DNA of 64,000 nt from a virus, in the IMG/VR virus record IMGVR_UViG_3300028394_000055, positions 28,632 to 92,631 of that record, one strand, 5' to 3'. The translations under genes and the position numbers were made by a program. Of this stretch, positions 28,078-36,229 are shown one piece after another; position 1 is the stretch's first letter; each line of letters opens with the position of its first letter. A model generated the notes under the pieces. The model was given only the letters and a program-made list of their open reading frames with translations, ran no database searches and was not told the DNA's origin.

Positions 28078-28290
28078 TTAGCAGTCAGCGTCAAAGTCTG
28101 CCCACTCTTGGGCTTCATCGGGCTGACCGTCATCATCTTCTTCTTCGAAGCGCTCGCTCAACTCGTTGGCATCCAGCAGGTCTTCAACTTCGCTTTCGCT
28201 CATGAAACCCATGCACATGTCAACCACTTGCTCATGAGTGATCATACCCTGATCTAGCAAGTCGTATAGTCTCTCTCTGGCTTTAGTCAT
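28078..28290 (-). CDS. acidic hypothetical protein
   Basis: start at MTKAR; C-terminal DGQPDEAQEWADFDADC. Confidence 0.8.
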   Translation of the reverse strand: MTKARERLYDLLDQGMITHEQVVDMCMGFMSESEVEDLLDANELSERFEEEDDDGQPDEAQEWADFDADC

Positions 28291-28337
28291 CTCATGCTCC
28301 TTAGTGTCTATGCGTGTATTATAGCGGACATCCGCCA

Positions 28338-28682
28338 CTATGTCAAGTCGCCGCGAATGTCCGTGTTCAGCGCAGGGTTAATCAAGCGACGCAGTTCAAC
28401 TTCCCGCTTGTGAGCAGCAGCCTTACCACGTATGATCTCATGCACACGAATCTCAATCTCGCTCTTGTCATTCAAAGAGCGCAAAGCCACGCACAGGGCC
28501 CAGTCCTTGTTCTCAGTCTTGGCACGATAGAAGTGCTTGGCTGCACGAGCACGAACTGACTTCAATACAGTGGTCTCTGTCTTAGCAGTGACACCAATGT
28601 AGTTGAGGCCGTTGACCACTAGTTCATACACTATGTGATTGCGGTCTACACGCTTCTTACGAGTAACAGTTTCTTTGTTCAT
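28338..28682 (-). CDS. GIY-YIG-like protein (leaderless)
   Basis: HIVYEL...NYIGVT...R...H...AHKRE...P.LN; ATG at the predicted +1 of the promoter. Confidence 0.7.
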   Translation of the reverse strand: MNKETVTRKKRVDRNHIVYELVVNGLNYIGVTAKTETTVLKSVRARAAKHFYRAKTENKDWALCVALRSLNDKSEIEIRVHEIIRGKAAAHKREVELRRLINPALNTDIRGDLT

Positions 28683-28969
28683 GTATGTATTATAACAAGG
28701 TTTTACCACTTTGTCAATAACTTTCTTTCTGTAGGGTTATTCGTTGTTTTCCCACAACATGACCGGCACTCCTGTGAAACTTAACATAATGCCAAAAGAA
28801 AACCCTATTACCACAAGGGTCTTAGGGTCTCTTAGTCAGTACATTCAGCAAGTCTCTGTCGTACTGCCCGATCAGCTTGTTCCAATGTAGTCTCCTACAC
28901 GTGCCTTTACCACCGGATGTTTACGTGGTCACTGATTCAACTCCAGTAGCATATAGTCTATGACTGTAC

Positions 28970-29098
28970 TCAATACCGCTTATAGAACTCCCAGGCATCC
29001 GGCCCCTGTTCTAGGTCACTGTATCTATCCTGGCGTTTACGGTTTATATATACACTACCCACAGTGGAGTTATACTCTACGAGTACATGTCTTAGCAT
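28970..29098 (-). CDS. possible 42-aa protein
   Basis: MLRHVLVEYNSTVGSVYINRKRQDRYSDLEQGPDAWEFYKRY behind TTGTCC-17 bp-TATACT. Confidence 0.4.
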   Translation of the reverse strand: MLRHVLVEYNSTVGSVYINRKRQDRYSDLEQGPDAWEFYKRY

Positions 29099-29513
29099 AC
29101 ATGTATATAGTATAACATACTCTCACACTTTGGACAACACATGATCTCGTGTGTGTTGCACTAGTACAACATTGACTACACAGTAGTTATACACGTAGAT
29201 TACCGTGGCAGAATCGTCACGAAACGATGCAAAAACGGTCTAATTAGAGTGGAAATTGTCCCGATCTCCACCATTTTCACACTGAATCATAGTGATTTTT
29301 ATAGTGTTTTTAGAATGGAACAGGGTGGGGATGAGAGGCTATCGTAAGATACTCTACCATACTTTCACAGTAGTCTCACAGTGTTTTCATAGTGTAATAC
29401 CAAAGTAGATTTAGAGGCTATACCAAAGTAAATCTCAACCTTAGACTACGGTCCAGAGGACCCCTGAAGGGGAGGATCGACTTCTATATAGGTGTTTGTT
29501 TTGAGTGTCGGCC

Positions 29514-29584
29514 CCTATAGCGGGGTATTTGGCACTAGGCCTACAGCGGGGTATTTGGCACTAGGCCTACAGCGGGGTATTTGG
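29514..29584. repeat. 26-bp tandem repeat, about 2.7 copies
   Basis: CCTA[TC]AGCGGGGTATTTGGCACTAGG at 29514, 29540 and 29566 (partial); core CAGCGGGGTATT again near 29646. Confidence 0.9.
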
Positions 29585-29769
29585 TATATAGTGTATATAC
29601 ACAGTGGTGATCACGCTGTGCATATACTCAATTCAAAGAGTGTTCCAGCGGGGTATTCATTACCAGTTAAGTCTATGGCATATATGGTAAGCAATGCCCA
29701 AGATGATCATAGGTCCGCTAATGGCGAGTAGTTCTAGCATGTTATATTCTCCTTATATTCAAGTAGTAT

Positions 29770-30369
29770 TTAACGCCAAGGGGGTCCAGCCACCCAGCCC
29801 ACCAAACTTGCACGTTGTCCTGTAAGTAAGGGAGTAACGCGATGCATCTGGAAACTGGGGAATACATGTAAAGCGCCCTGTTCTCTGCCCGCTAGATGTG
29901 TTTCCTCATGTCCCAGCATCATTTCCAGATCGCATCCTGTATACAGTGTAGGGTCAGTCAGTTGTAGACTAAAGCTAAGTTTTCTATTGTGCATACCTTT
30001 GTAGTACCACATATCCACATGTGATTCATTAGCATCGTTAGGATGTAGATATTCTGTATATTGTAAGCATTCTATGTAGTCCAAATCGTATTTAAAAGCC
30101 TGTTCATTAACGGTCATTATTTGGTCAGTCAATCGTTTGTATATCCATTGTGTATCGATATTACCGCTATCAAACCAACGTATAGTACTTCTTCTTATAT
30201 TATTATCAATGCTATCAGTTCTACCCACACGGGCGGGTATTCTAGGATATTGTTCAGCCAGTTGTTGGATTGTTTGGCATTCCATTGGAGTAAACGCTGG
30301 ATTAAGGGTAACCCAGGGATTGTGGGTAGTTTGTTTAAGATACCATTGTGAGTGGAAGTAGTTGTTCAT
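29770..30369 (-). CDS. 2OG-Fe(II) oxygenase (PKHD/P4H-like)
   Basis: HVD, RKLSFSLQL, VFPSF..HRVTP...G.RASLVGW. Confidence 0.9.
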   Translation of the reverse strand: MNNYFHSQWYLKQTTHNPWVTLNPAFTPMECQTIQQLAEQYPRIPARVGRTDSIDNNIRRSTIRWFDSGNIDTQWIYKRLTDQIMTVNEQAFKYDLDYIECLQYTEYLHPNDANESHVDMWYYKGMHNRKLSFSLQLTDPTLYTGCDLEMMLGHEETHLAGREQGALHVFPSFQMHRVTPLLTGQRASLVGWVAGPPWR

Positions 30370-30381
30370 AGTCAAGTGTGT

Positions 30382-31179
30382 TCAGTATCGTGAAAAAAAG
30401 CCCAGTGGAATACCGTTTGGAAACATAATCTGCGCTGAGCGCTCCGCGCTTGGTTCAGTATTTTTTAAAGTTATCAGCATTGATTTAGTAAGTTCAACGC
30501 CTGCACTAGTAGATTTTCTCCATTCAAGTAACGTATCAGTATGGAAATCTACCTCGGGTATATCAGTAAACCTACTCAATTTAGATATAATAATAGAGGG
30601 ATTCAGTGTAAACATTTCTTTCCAAGTAACATTAATGGAGTTATCATCTGTTACAAAGGTTGAAGAGTCAAACAAGTAGTTATTAAATCTAAAGTGACCT
30701 GCCCAAATTTTTATCAATTTTCCGGGTGGAGTATTAAGTAAATCCATTGATTGGTCAAATCGTTGAGCATGTTCATTTTCGTCAAGTCCCCATTTGCCCA
30801 ACAAGACCAATCCCAAACAAACGCAATCTGTTTGATCAAAGGTAATATTAATAACTTTAGGATATCTAGTTCTAAGTATGTTCAAATTTACATTTTCCGA
30901 GCAAACAAAGTAAGGTGGTTGGGTAATACCTATCAAATCAGGGGAATGCACCAGTTCTACTATGCCCTCCATTTGATTTTTAAAGGGCATCCATGGCCAA
31001 AAAGGTTTTTCGTGCAGCCTATATTCTCTTTTACTGTAATGGCAGTTACCGTGTCGACTGAATTCAAATCCATCTTGAGATTTAGTTTTAGCCTGTGTAA
31101 GCCATGAAGCAAGGAAATTACCCCCTGTGCCTCCTAAAAACCTCACGGGTATAAATTCAAATTTTATCTCCTGTGTCAT
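30382..31179 (-). CDS. hypothetical protein, sulfotransferase-like family
   Basis: VRFLGGTGGNFLASWL...GNCH. Confidence 0.6.
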   Translation of the reverse strand: MTQEIKFEFIPVRFLGGTGGNFLASWLTQAKTKSQDGFEFSRHGNCHYSKREYRLHEKPFWPWMPFKNQMEGIVELVHSPDLIGITQPPYFVCSENVNLNILRTRYPKVINITFDQTDCVCLGLVLLGKWGLDENEHAQRFDQSMDLLNTPPGKLIKIWAGHFRFNNYLFDSSTFVTDDNSINVTWKEMFTLNPSIIISKLSRFTDIPEVDFHTDTLLEWRKSTSAGVELTKSMLITLKNTEPSAERSAQIMFPNGIPLGFFSRY

Positions 31180-31549
31180 GATATTTCTCTTCTATAATAG
31201 CACTACCGCAAATCAAATTAATCTCATATTTAATTGTGGCTCTTGCATCGTTTTTCAAGTATACATTTCGAGCAGCATCTATAAAGGCTTGATCAAAGCA
31301 GGCCTTATGTTCACACGCACGTTTGTAGTTCTCTATATGCCACAGTTCTAAATTAGTGGTGTATAGTTCTTGTTCTTTGTATTTAATTTCTGTTGGCAGG
31401 GTTAGTTGTTCGTATATAAGGGCAAGTTCTTCTCGTTCTTTGCGTACATTGGCCAATTTAAATGGATTAATGACTTCTTTGAGTTTAATATCTAGGATAG
31501 TGATCTTATCGATCAGTTCGCCTACAGATATTGGAGCAAACACTATCAT
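31157..31549 (-). CDS. conserved protein (DUF6165-like)
   Basis: PISVGELIDKITILDIK...LW.IE...R.VY..ND.RA..K..IN....S.I.EEK. Confidence 0.8.
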   Translation of the reverse strand: MIVFAPISVGELIDKITILDIKLKEVINPFKLANVRKEREELALIYEQLTLPTEIKYKEQELYTTNLELWHIENYKRACEHKACFDQAFIDAARNVYLKNDARATIKYEINLICGSAIIEEKYHDTGDKI

Positions 31550-32304
31550 CCCGGAGTACCCACTGTCTTATGCTGTGCTGGTAGTGTGGGATTAGCGAGC
31601 CAAGTCCACTGTGTGCCAAACACTGGTTGCCAATTCAAGTGGTGTAATGGTATAAAGTATTTGTCTTCGCCCAATTTCAGTTGATCTGTCATATTAGCAA
31701 ACACCGAATTAGTCATAATAATGCTCTGAGCGCCTTCGATGATCTTAATCCAATCAAATATGTAGCCATCATCGTCGATATTAACTATATCCCAGCCCTC
31801 GGGTACTGTGCTAGTGTCAAATGGTGCTGTAAAAGCAGAGGATTTCAAGTGTGTGACCACATAGTTAGGGTTTTTAACCTTACGATCGTAAAGTGCTTGT
31901 TCTCTCTCTGAGTCACGTTTAATACATTCGTTCAAGCGCCATTTCTCTAAGAATGGAACACCTGCCTGTACATATTTGTATTGATCAAACGTGGTAAATT
32001 GGAAGAAGGGTTCGTTTGAGAATTCAGGGTGGCCAGTTAGGGCATTGTATAAGCAGATAATCTCATCGCATTTAAAGTTCTTCAGACGTTCCAAGGGTAT
32101 ATCGTAGAAGAATGGGCCAGCATCAGCAGGAATAGGAATCCATTTAACCCAAGGAGCATAGTGTTTCATTTGTTCAACCCAAACATCTGTAATGGGCCAA
32201 TGGATATCGTATCCTTGTTCTTGATAGTGTAGGGCTATGGGTAGGGCAATAATAATATCACCCAGGCCTCTACTCTGTATAATTCCTAATCTTTTATTTG
32301 CCAT
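31546..32304 (-). CDS. glycosyltransferase, GT9/heptosyltransferase-like
   Basis: RGLGDIIIALP N-terminal motif; adjacent to gmd. Confidence 0.65.
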   Translation of the reverse strand: MANKRLGIIQSRGLGDIIIALPIALHYQEQGYDIHWPITDVWVEQMKHYAPWVKWIPIPADAGPFFYDIPLERLKNFKCDEIICLYNALTGHPEFSNEPFFQFTTFDQYKYVQAGVPFLEKWRLNECIKRDSEREQALYDRKVKNPNYVVTHLKSSAFTAPFDTSTVPEGWDIVNIDDDGYIFDWIKIIEGAQSIIMTNSVFANMTDQLKLGEDKYFIPLHHLNWQPVFGTQWTWLANPTLPAQHKTVGTPG

Positions 32305-33322
32305 TTTGAGCGTTCCAATCGTTTGTACACATATCGTTAACTAGAGTTTCTAGTGTATGTTTAGGAGTCCAACCCATTTTTGTACGGGCTTTAGTACTAT
32401 CACCTAGTAGTGTATTAACATCAGCAGGTCTATAGAATTCTGGGTTAACTTTATATATGGTGTTGCCTGTATTGAGATCAATGCCTATTTCGTCTGTGCC
32501 CTGTCCTTGCCATTGTAAGTTCATACCATGCCATTTAGCCACAAGTTCGCAGAATTCGCGGACGCTATGTTGTTTACCGGTGCTGAGGATATAGTCATCG
32601 GGTTTATCTTGTTGTAGCATAAGCCACATGCCATTGACAAAGTCTTCAGCATGGCCCCAATCTCTAAGGGCATCAATGTTACCTAGTTCAACGCAAGGTT
32701 GTAGGCCAGCACGTACACGGGCCACACCCAGGGTGATCTTACGTGTAACAAATGTTTCGCCTCTACGTGGGCTTTCGTGATTGAATAGTATACCTGAGCA
32801 GCCGTATAGGCCATAACTTTCTCTATAGTTAACAGTAATCCAATGTCCAAACAGTTTGGCTACCCCATAAGGGCTACGTGGGTAGAATGCAGTAGTTTCC
32901 TTTTGTGGAACTTCCTGCACCTGTCCAAACATCTCACTAGTACTTGCTTGATAGAATTTAACATTTTTCTTTTTGTTCAGTGTACGTATAGCTTCAAGCA
33001 TACGTAGCACCCCTATAGCATTTGATTCTGCTGTAAGACTGGGTAGAGCAAAACTCACATGTACATGGCTTTGGGCTGCTAAATTATATACTTCATCGGG
33101 TTGAGTTTCTAATAGCACATTCATAATATTACCAGAATCGGTAACATCGCCATAGTGTAGTTTTAGTCTATGTCGTATATGTTGTATATTGGGCATAACA
33201 TCCCAATTAGTTGTTTTACGCACCATACCGTAGACATCGTATCCTTTATTCAGTAGTAGTTCTGCCAAATAGGATCCGTCTTGTCCGGTAATACCTGTTA
33301 TCAATGCTGATTTGTTTGTCAT
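32294..33322 (-). CDS. gmd: GDP-mannose 4,6-dehydratase
   Basis: ITGITGQDGSYLAE, YNLAAQSHV, YQASTSE, PRSPYGVAK, FNHESPRRG. Confidence 0.97.
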   Translation of the reverse strand: MTNKSALITGITGQDGSYLAELLLNKGYDVYGMVRKTTNWDVMPNIQHIRHRLKLHYGDVTDSGNIMNVLLETQPDEVYNLAAQSHVHVSFALPSLTAESNAIGVLRMLEAIRTLNKKKNVKFYQASTSEMFGQVQEVPQKETTAFYPRSPYGVAKLFGHWITVNYRESYGLYGCSGILFNHESPRRGETFVTRKITLGVARVRAGLQPCVELGNIDALRDWGHAEDFVNGMWLMLQQDKPDDYILSTGKQHSVREFCELVAKWHGMNLQWQGQGTDEIGIDLNTGNTIYKVNPEFYRPADVNTLLGDSTKARTKMGWTPKHTLETLVNDMCTNDWNAQNGK

Positions 33323-33347
33323 AGTCACCTTTGTGTGAGATTGTTTT

Positions 33348-33376
33348 ATTATATACGTATTTAATGTTTAAGTCAA
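33348..33376 (-). promoter_or_regulatory. promoter of the gmd operon (sigma70 with an embedded TAAATA)
   Basis: TTGACT-17 bp-TATAAT, with TAAATA in the spacer. Confidence 0.6.
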
Positions 33377-33426
33377 TGTTATCAAAAGGATATTGACTAA
33401 ATATTATATTAATAATATCATACATC

Positions 33427-34224
33427 ATGACTGTAACTACATTAACCACCATCAATTCTAATGATTATAATACTGATGTCAATCTAATAGAGGATATACT
33501 AGGGTTAGGTGAAAACGGTTGGGGATTGCCGTTAATATCGTCAAACCCCACCCCATCAGGTAGAAAAATATATGCCTCTAGTTATAACAATTTACTCAAA
33601 GATATAAACGTAGCGCATTTACATATAACCAACGCCTCTAGTAGCACCGTTGCCGCTACAAGTTCTACAACTATTAGAGCCAACTACACCAATGAATTAT
33701 CCGATATAGTAAATTGGTTGTATGATGACACTAGGAGATATACATGTCATCCACAGCAATATTTTCGAATCAACAAAGCGGGTGGTGGAACCACTTCTAC
33801 ACTCATTGCTTCATCGGCTACTAGTATTAGGACATACTCATGGGGTGCCAATGATACCACACAAATATCGCATGAAGTAACATGTAGATTTCGTAGTAGA
33901 TTAGCGGCTCGATACTATTTCAATCAAGGTAATTATCTATCTTGGTCGCCGTTTTATACAACTGGATTTATAAATGATCTTGATGCCGAGTGGGCTACTT
34001 TTATTGATTATCTAGCAGTAAACGGTGTTGTACATTATGGACGAGAAGAATATATAACCGGAGACAGCCTTGTAGAATACACTAGCGGAACACTATATGT
34101 TAGTGTATATGCCAACCGATCCGATGATGAAGCCGCAGTGGATTTCAAAATACTTTATGGTAATGTCGCAACTCCAAATTTATTAATAACTCCAGCAGTC
34201 GGAGTTTACAACATAATATTATAA
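33427..34224 (+). CDS. putative virion structural protein
   Basis: CTAAATA upstream; ILG.G..GWG...ARYYFNQG motif typical of large-phage tail proteins. Confidence 0.7.
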   Translation: MTVTTLTTINSNDYNTDVNLIEDILGLGENGWGLPLISSNPTPSGRKIYASSYNNLLKDINVAHLHITNASSSTVAATSSTTIRANYTNELSDIVNWLYDDTRRYTCHPQQYFRINKAGGGTTSTLIASSATSIRTYSWGANDTTQISHEVTCRFRSRLAARYYFNQGNYLSWSPFYTTGFINDLDAEWATFIDYLAVNGVVHYGREEYITGDSLVEYTSGTLYVSVYANRSDDEAAVDFKILYGNVATPNLLITPAVGVYNIIL

Positions 34225-34225
34225 T

Positions 34226-36223
34226 ATGTCTACACCAGCAACCCCAATCACATTCACATTACATAATAATAGTACAAGTAGCATTGCTATACGTAGTATA
34301 AGTTATGTTGATGCTGCCGAAATTCAACATGTATCAGATTATACAGGTATAGGTGGCACCTCCGGAGACACTCGGGGAGATACAATTGTAAGACATACAA
34401 AGTTGTATGAGTATGGTGACTATCTGCAAAAGAATTTTGTAAGAGACACAAAACCTGCAAGTGCAAGATATACCACAATGACTGGTGTGACATTGACAGT
34501 TGAAAGCGTATTAAACATACAACCGGGTTGGATTGCTTCGGGAAATGGATTAACTGGAAGATCAGTTGTAACAGTAACCCCACCTACCACTTTAACACTT
34601 GATGGCACATATTCTAGTCCGCCCCCTCCTACAATTGGTGGAACTGTTACTTTTTCTACAACTACCAAGGCTATTATAGTAAACAATTCCACTAATCTAG
34701 GATTAGGTTGGAAAATTATAGGTAATGGTTATGAATTAGCAGACAATGCAATAATCACATCTATAAATGGTAGCACATTAGAAGTTAATGTGTTATCAGG
34801 AACTAATTCGGTAGTAGGAAGTCCCTTTACCTTTTCATCTTCAACAAATTATCTAACACTCAATAACAATACAAGTCTTGAAACCGGATTTAGTGCAAAA
34901 AACAATGGTTATAATGATACACAAAATATAATATCTGTTTTAATAGATGGTAAAACAGTTCAAATGAGTGCACCTCCTGGTAGTCTTCCTACAGTGGGTA
35001 ATCCTATTACGTTCACATCTAATGCAAATCTAGTTGTAATACCAGCCTACAGTGAAGTTACTTTCTCAATCAATTATACAAGTGGTGGACCAGTAGGTAC
35101 AAACTATTATTCAGCGATAACCATAAATGCTACTCAGTTGCCATCCACTCCATTAGTGGGTCATATAGATAATTATGTAAATATAGCAACTCCTGCTGCA
35201 CCCCCTCCTGCACCAGGCTCACCAACTACAACATACACAACAACATATACCGGTGGTGGACAAGGTGGTAATCGTCAAACTTACGTAACAACCACTTATG
35301 GTTATGCAGACGGCTCTACACTCTCCATTACAACTAATGAAAATGGTACTATAACATCACAAAGTTCAACAAATGCCGACCCAGGCAGCGAAGGCGATCC
35401 GGGTGCTGGCACAGTAACTACTAGTGTTACAAGTAACCCCAATGCCAGTAGTCCTTCGGGGGAGTGTTTTGATCCAATGGCGCTAGTTACTATGCATGAT
35501 GGATCAAAAAAACATATTAAAGATATTATGGTTGGTGACTTATTAATGAATCAACAGGGAACATCCAATGAAGTGCTTGGTATTGTTACGCCAAAGTTAA
35601 AGAGTAGTTTAATGTATTCTTTTAACAAGCATTGGGCATTTGTATCAGAGTCACATCCTATATTAACAACCACTGGTTGGGCAGCATTTAACCCCAACAG
35701 TTGGGCAGTAGAAGAAGAATTTGTGGGTAAGTTATCTAAAATAGAAATAGGTACAGAAATTATAACTCAAGATGGAACTGAATTAGTCACTGAGATCAAA
35801 GGGCATGTATTACCAGAATATTATACCATATACAATTTGATATTAGGTGGTGATCACACGTACATTGTTGAAGATTGTATAGTGCATAACAAGAAAGGTA
35901 TTGTATGCACAGCAATGAATGATCATTATGGTTTTGGTTCGTTCCGTAATCGTGTATGGTTAAAATATGCAGAAAAGAATTTAACCAAAGCGCATGAAGT
36001 AGGATATCATACAATCTTTTTACCTTTAGTTAATTATGGATTCAAACAAGGTAATGGCATCACAAATCGAATAGTTAGGAACATATTAGAGCATATAGCA
36101 AGACATCGCAGCACAGACATACGGGCAGAAATGCGAGGATTAAAACGAGATGCCCTCGGAAGAGCATATAGATTCATACTTGAACCTTTGTGTTGTCTAG
36201 TTGGTAAATTAAAAGGATATTAA
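34226..36223 (+). CDS. Thr/Ser-rich virion protein with Hint (intein-like) domain and C-terminal IVCTAMN domain
   Basis: Three ~60-aa repeats; Hint CFDPMALV...SESHP...YNL...HTYIV...IVHN at 35465-35890. Confidence 0.85.
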   Translation: MSTPATPITFTLHNNSTSSIAIRSISYVDAAEIQHVSDYTGIGGTSGDTRGDTIVRHTKLYEYGDYLQKNFVRDTKPASARYTTMTGVTLTVESVLNIQPGWIASGNGLTGRSVVTVTPPTTLTLDGTYSSPPPPTIGGTVTFSTTTKAIIVNNSTNLGLGWKIIGNGYELADNAIITSINGSTLEVNVLSGTNSVVGSPFTFSSSTNYLTLNNNTSLETGFSAKNNGYNDTQNIISVLIDGKTVQMSAPPGSLPTVGNPITFTSNANLVVIPAYSEVTFSINYTSGGPVGTNYYSAITINATQLPSTPLVGHIDNYVNIATPAAPPPAPGSPTTTYTTTYTGGGQGGNRQTYVTTTYGYADGSTLSITTNENGTITSQSSTNADPGSEGDPGAGTVTTSVTSNPNASSPSGECFDPMALVTMHDGSKKHIKDIMVGDLLMNQQGTSNEVLGIVTPKLKSSLMYSFNKHWAFVSESHPILTTTGWAAFNPNSWAVEEEFVGKLSKIEIGTEIITQDGTELVTEIKGHVLPEYYTIYNLILGGDHTYIVEDCIVHNKKGIVCTAMNDHYGFGSFRNRVWLKYAEKNLTKAHEVGYHTIFLPLVNYGFKQGNGITNRIVRNILEHIARHRSTDIRAEMRGLKRDALGRAYRFILEPLCCLVGKLKGY

Positions 36224-36229
36224 TAAATT

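Larger units (their letters stand above)
17968..29137 (-). promoter_or_regulatory. array of about 24 sigma70 early promoters with shared leader/RBS
   Basis: TTGAC[ACT]-17 bp-TATAAT, with the -10 box (plus-strand ATTATA) at 18383, 18627, 18831, 19425, 19672, 20133, 20708, 21211, 21754, 22013, 22425, 23727, 24647, 24915, 25348, 26214, 26557, 27506, 27798, 28318 and 28689. Variant promoters at ~17970, 22909 and 29109. Leader is CTTACACACTAAGGAGC or ACACACATAGACAGCAA..GGAGC. Confidence 0.92.

Noticed and set aside
18355-28330. Repeated TGCTCCTTAGTGTGTAAG as a CRISPR array
   Set aside because: Spacing is hundreds of bp and irregular, the intervals are ORFs, the repeat is a leader/RBS, and no cas genes are present.
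16566-28709. Island as an assembly chimera or separate prophage
   Set aside because: No integrase or structural genes, and its promoter spacer box recurs at the ligase promoter. Read-level confirmation is still advisable.
28832-28885. 17-aa TTG-start ORF with an AGGAG RBS (MEQADRAVRQRLAECTD)
   Set aside because: Too short to support without conservation or expression data.
29514-29584. 26-bp repeat as a mini-CRISPR
   Set aside because: Copies are directly tandem with no spacers.
16511-29731. Plus-strand ORFs across the early island
   Set aside because: They are antisense shadows of minus-strand genes that have promoters and RBSs; 29492-29731 merely translates the tandem repeat.
35465-35890. 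Mobile homing intein
   Set aside because: No endonuclease insert and the +1 residue is Lys; better described as a Hint/BIL domain.
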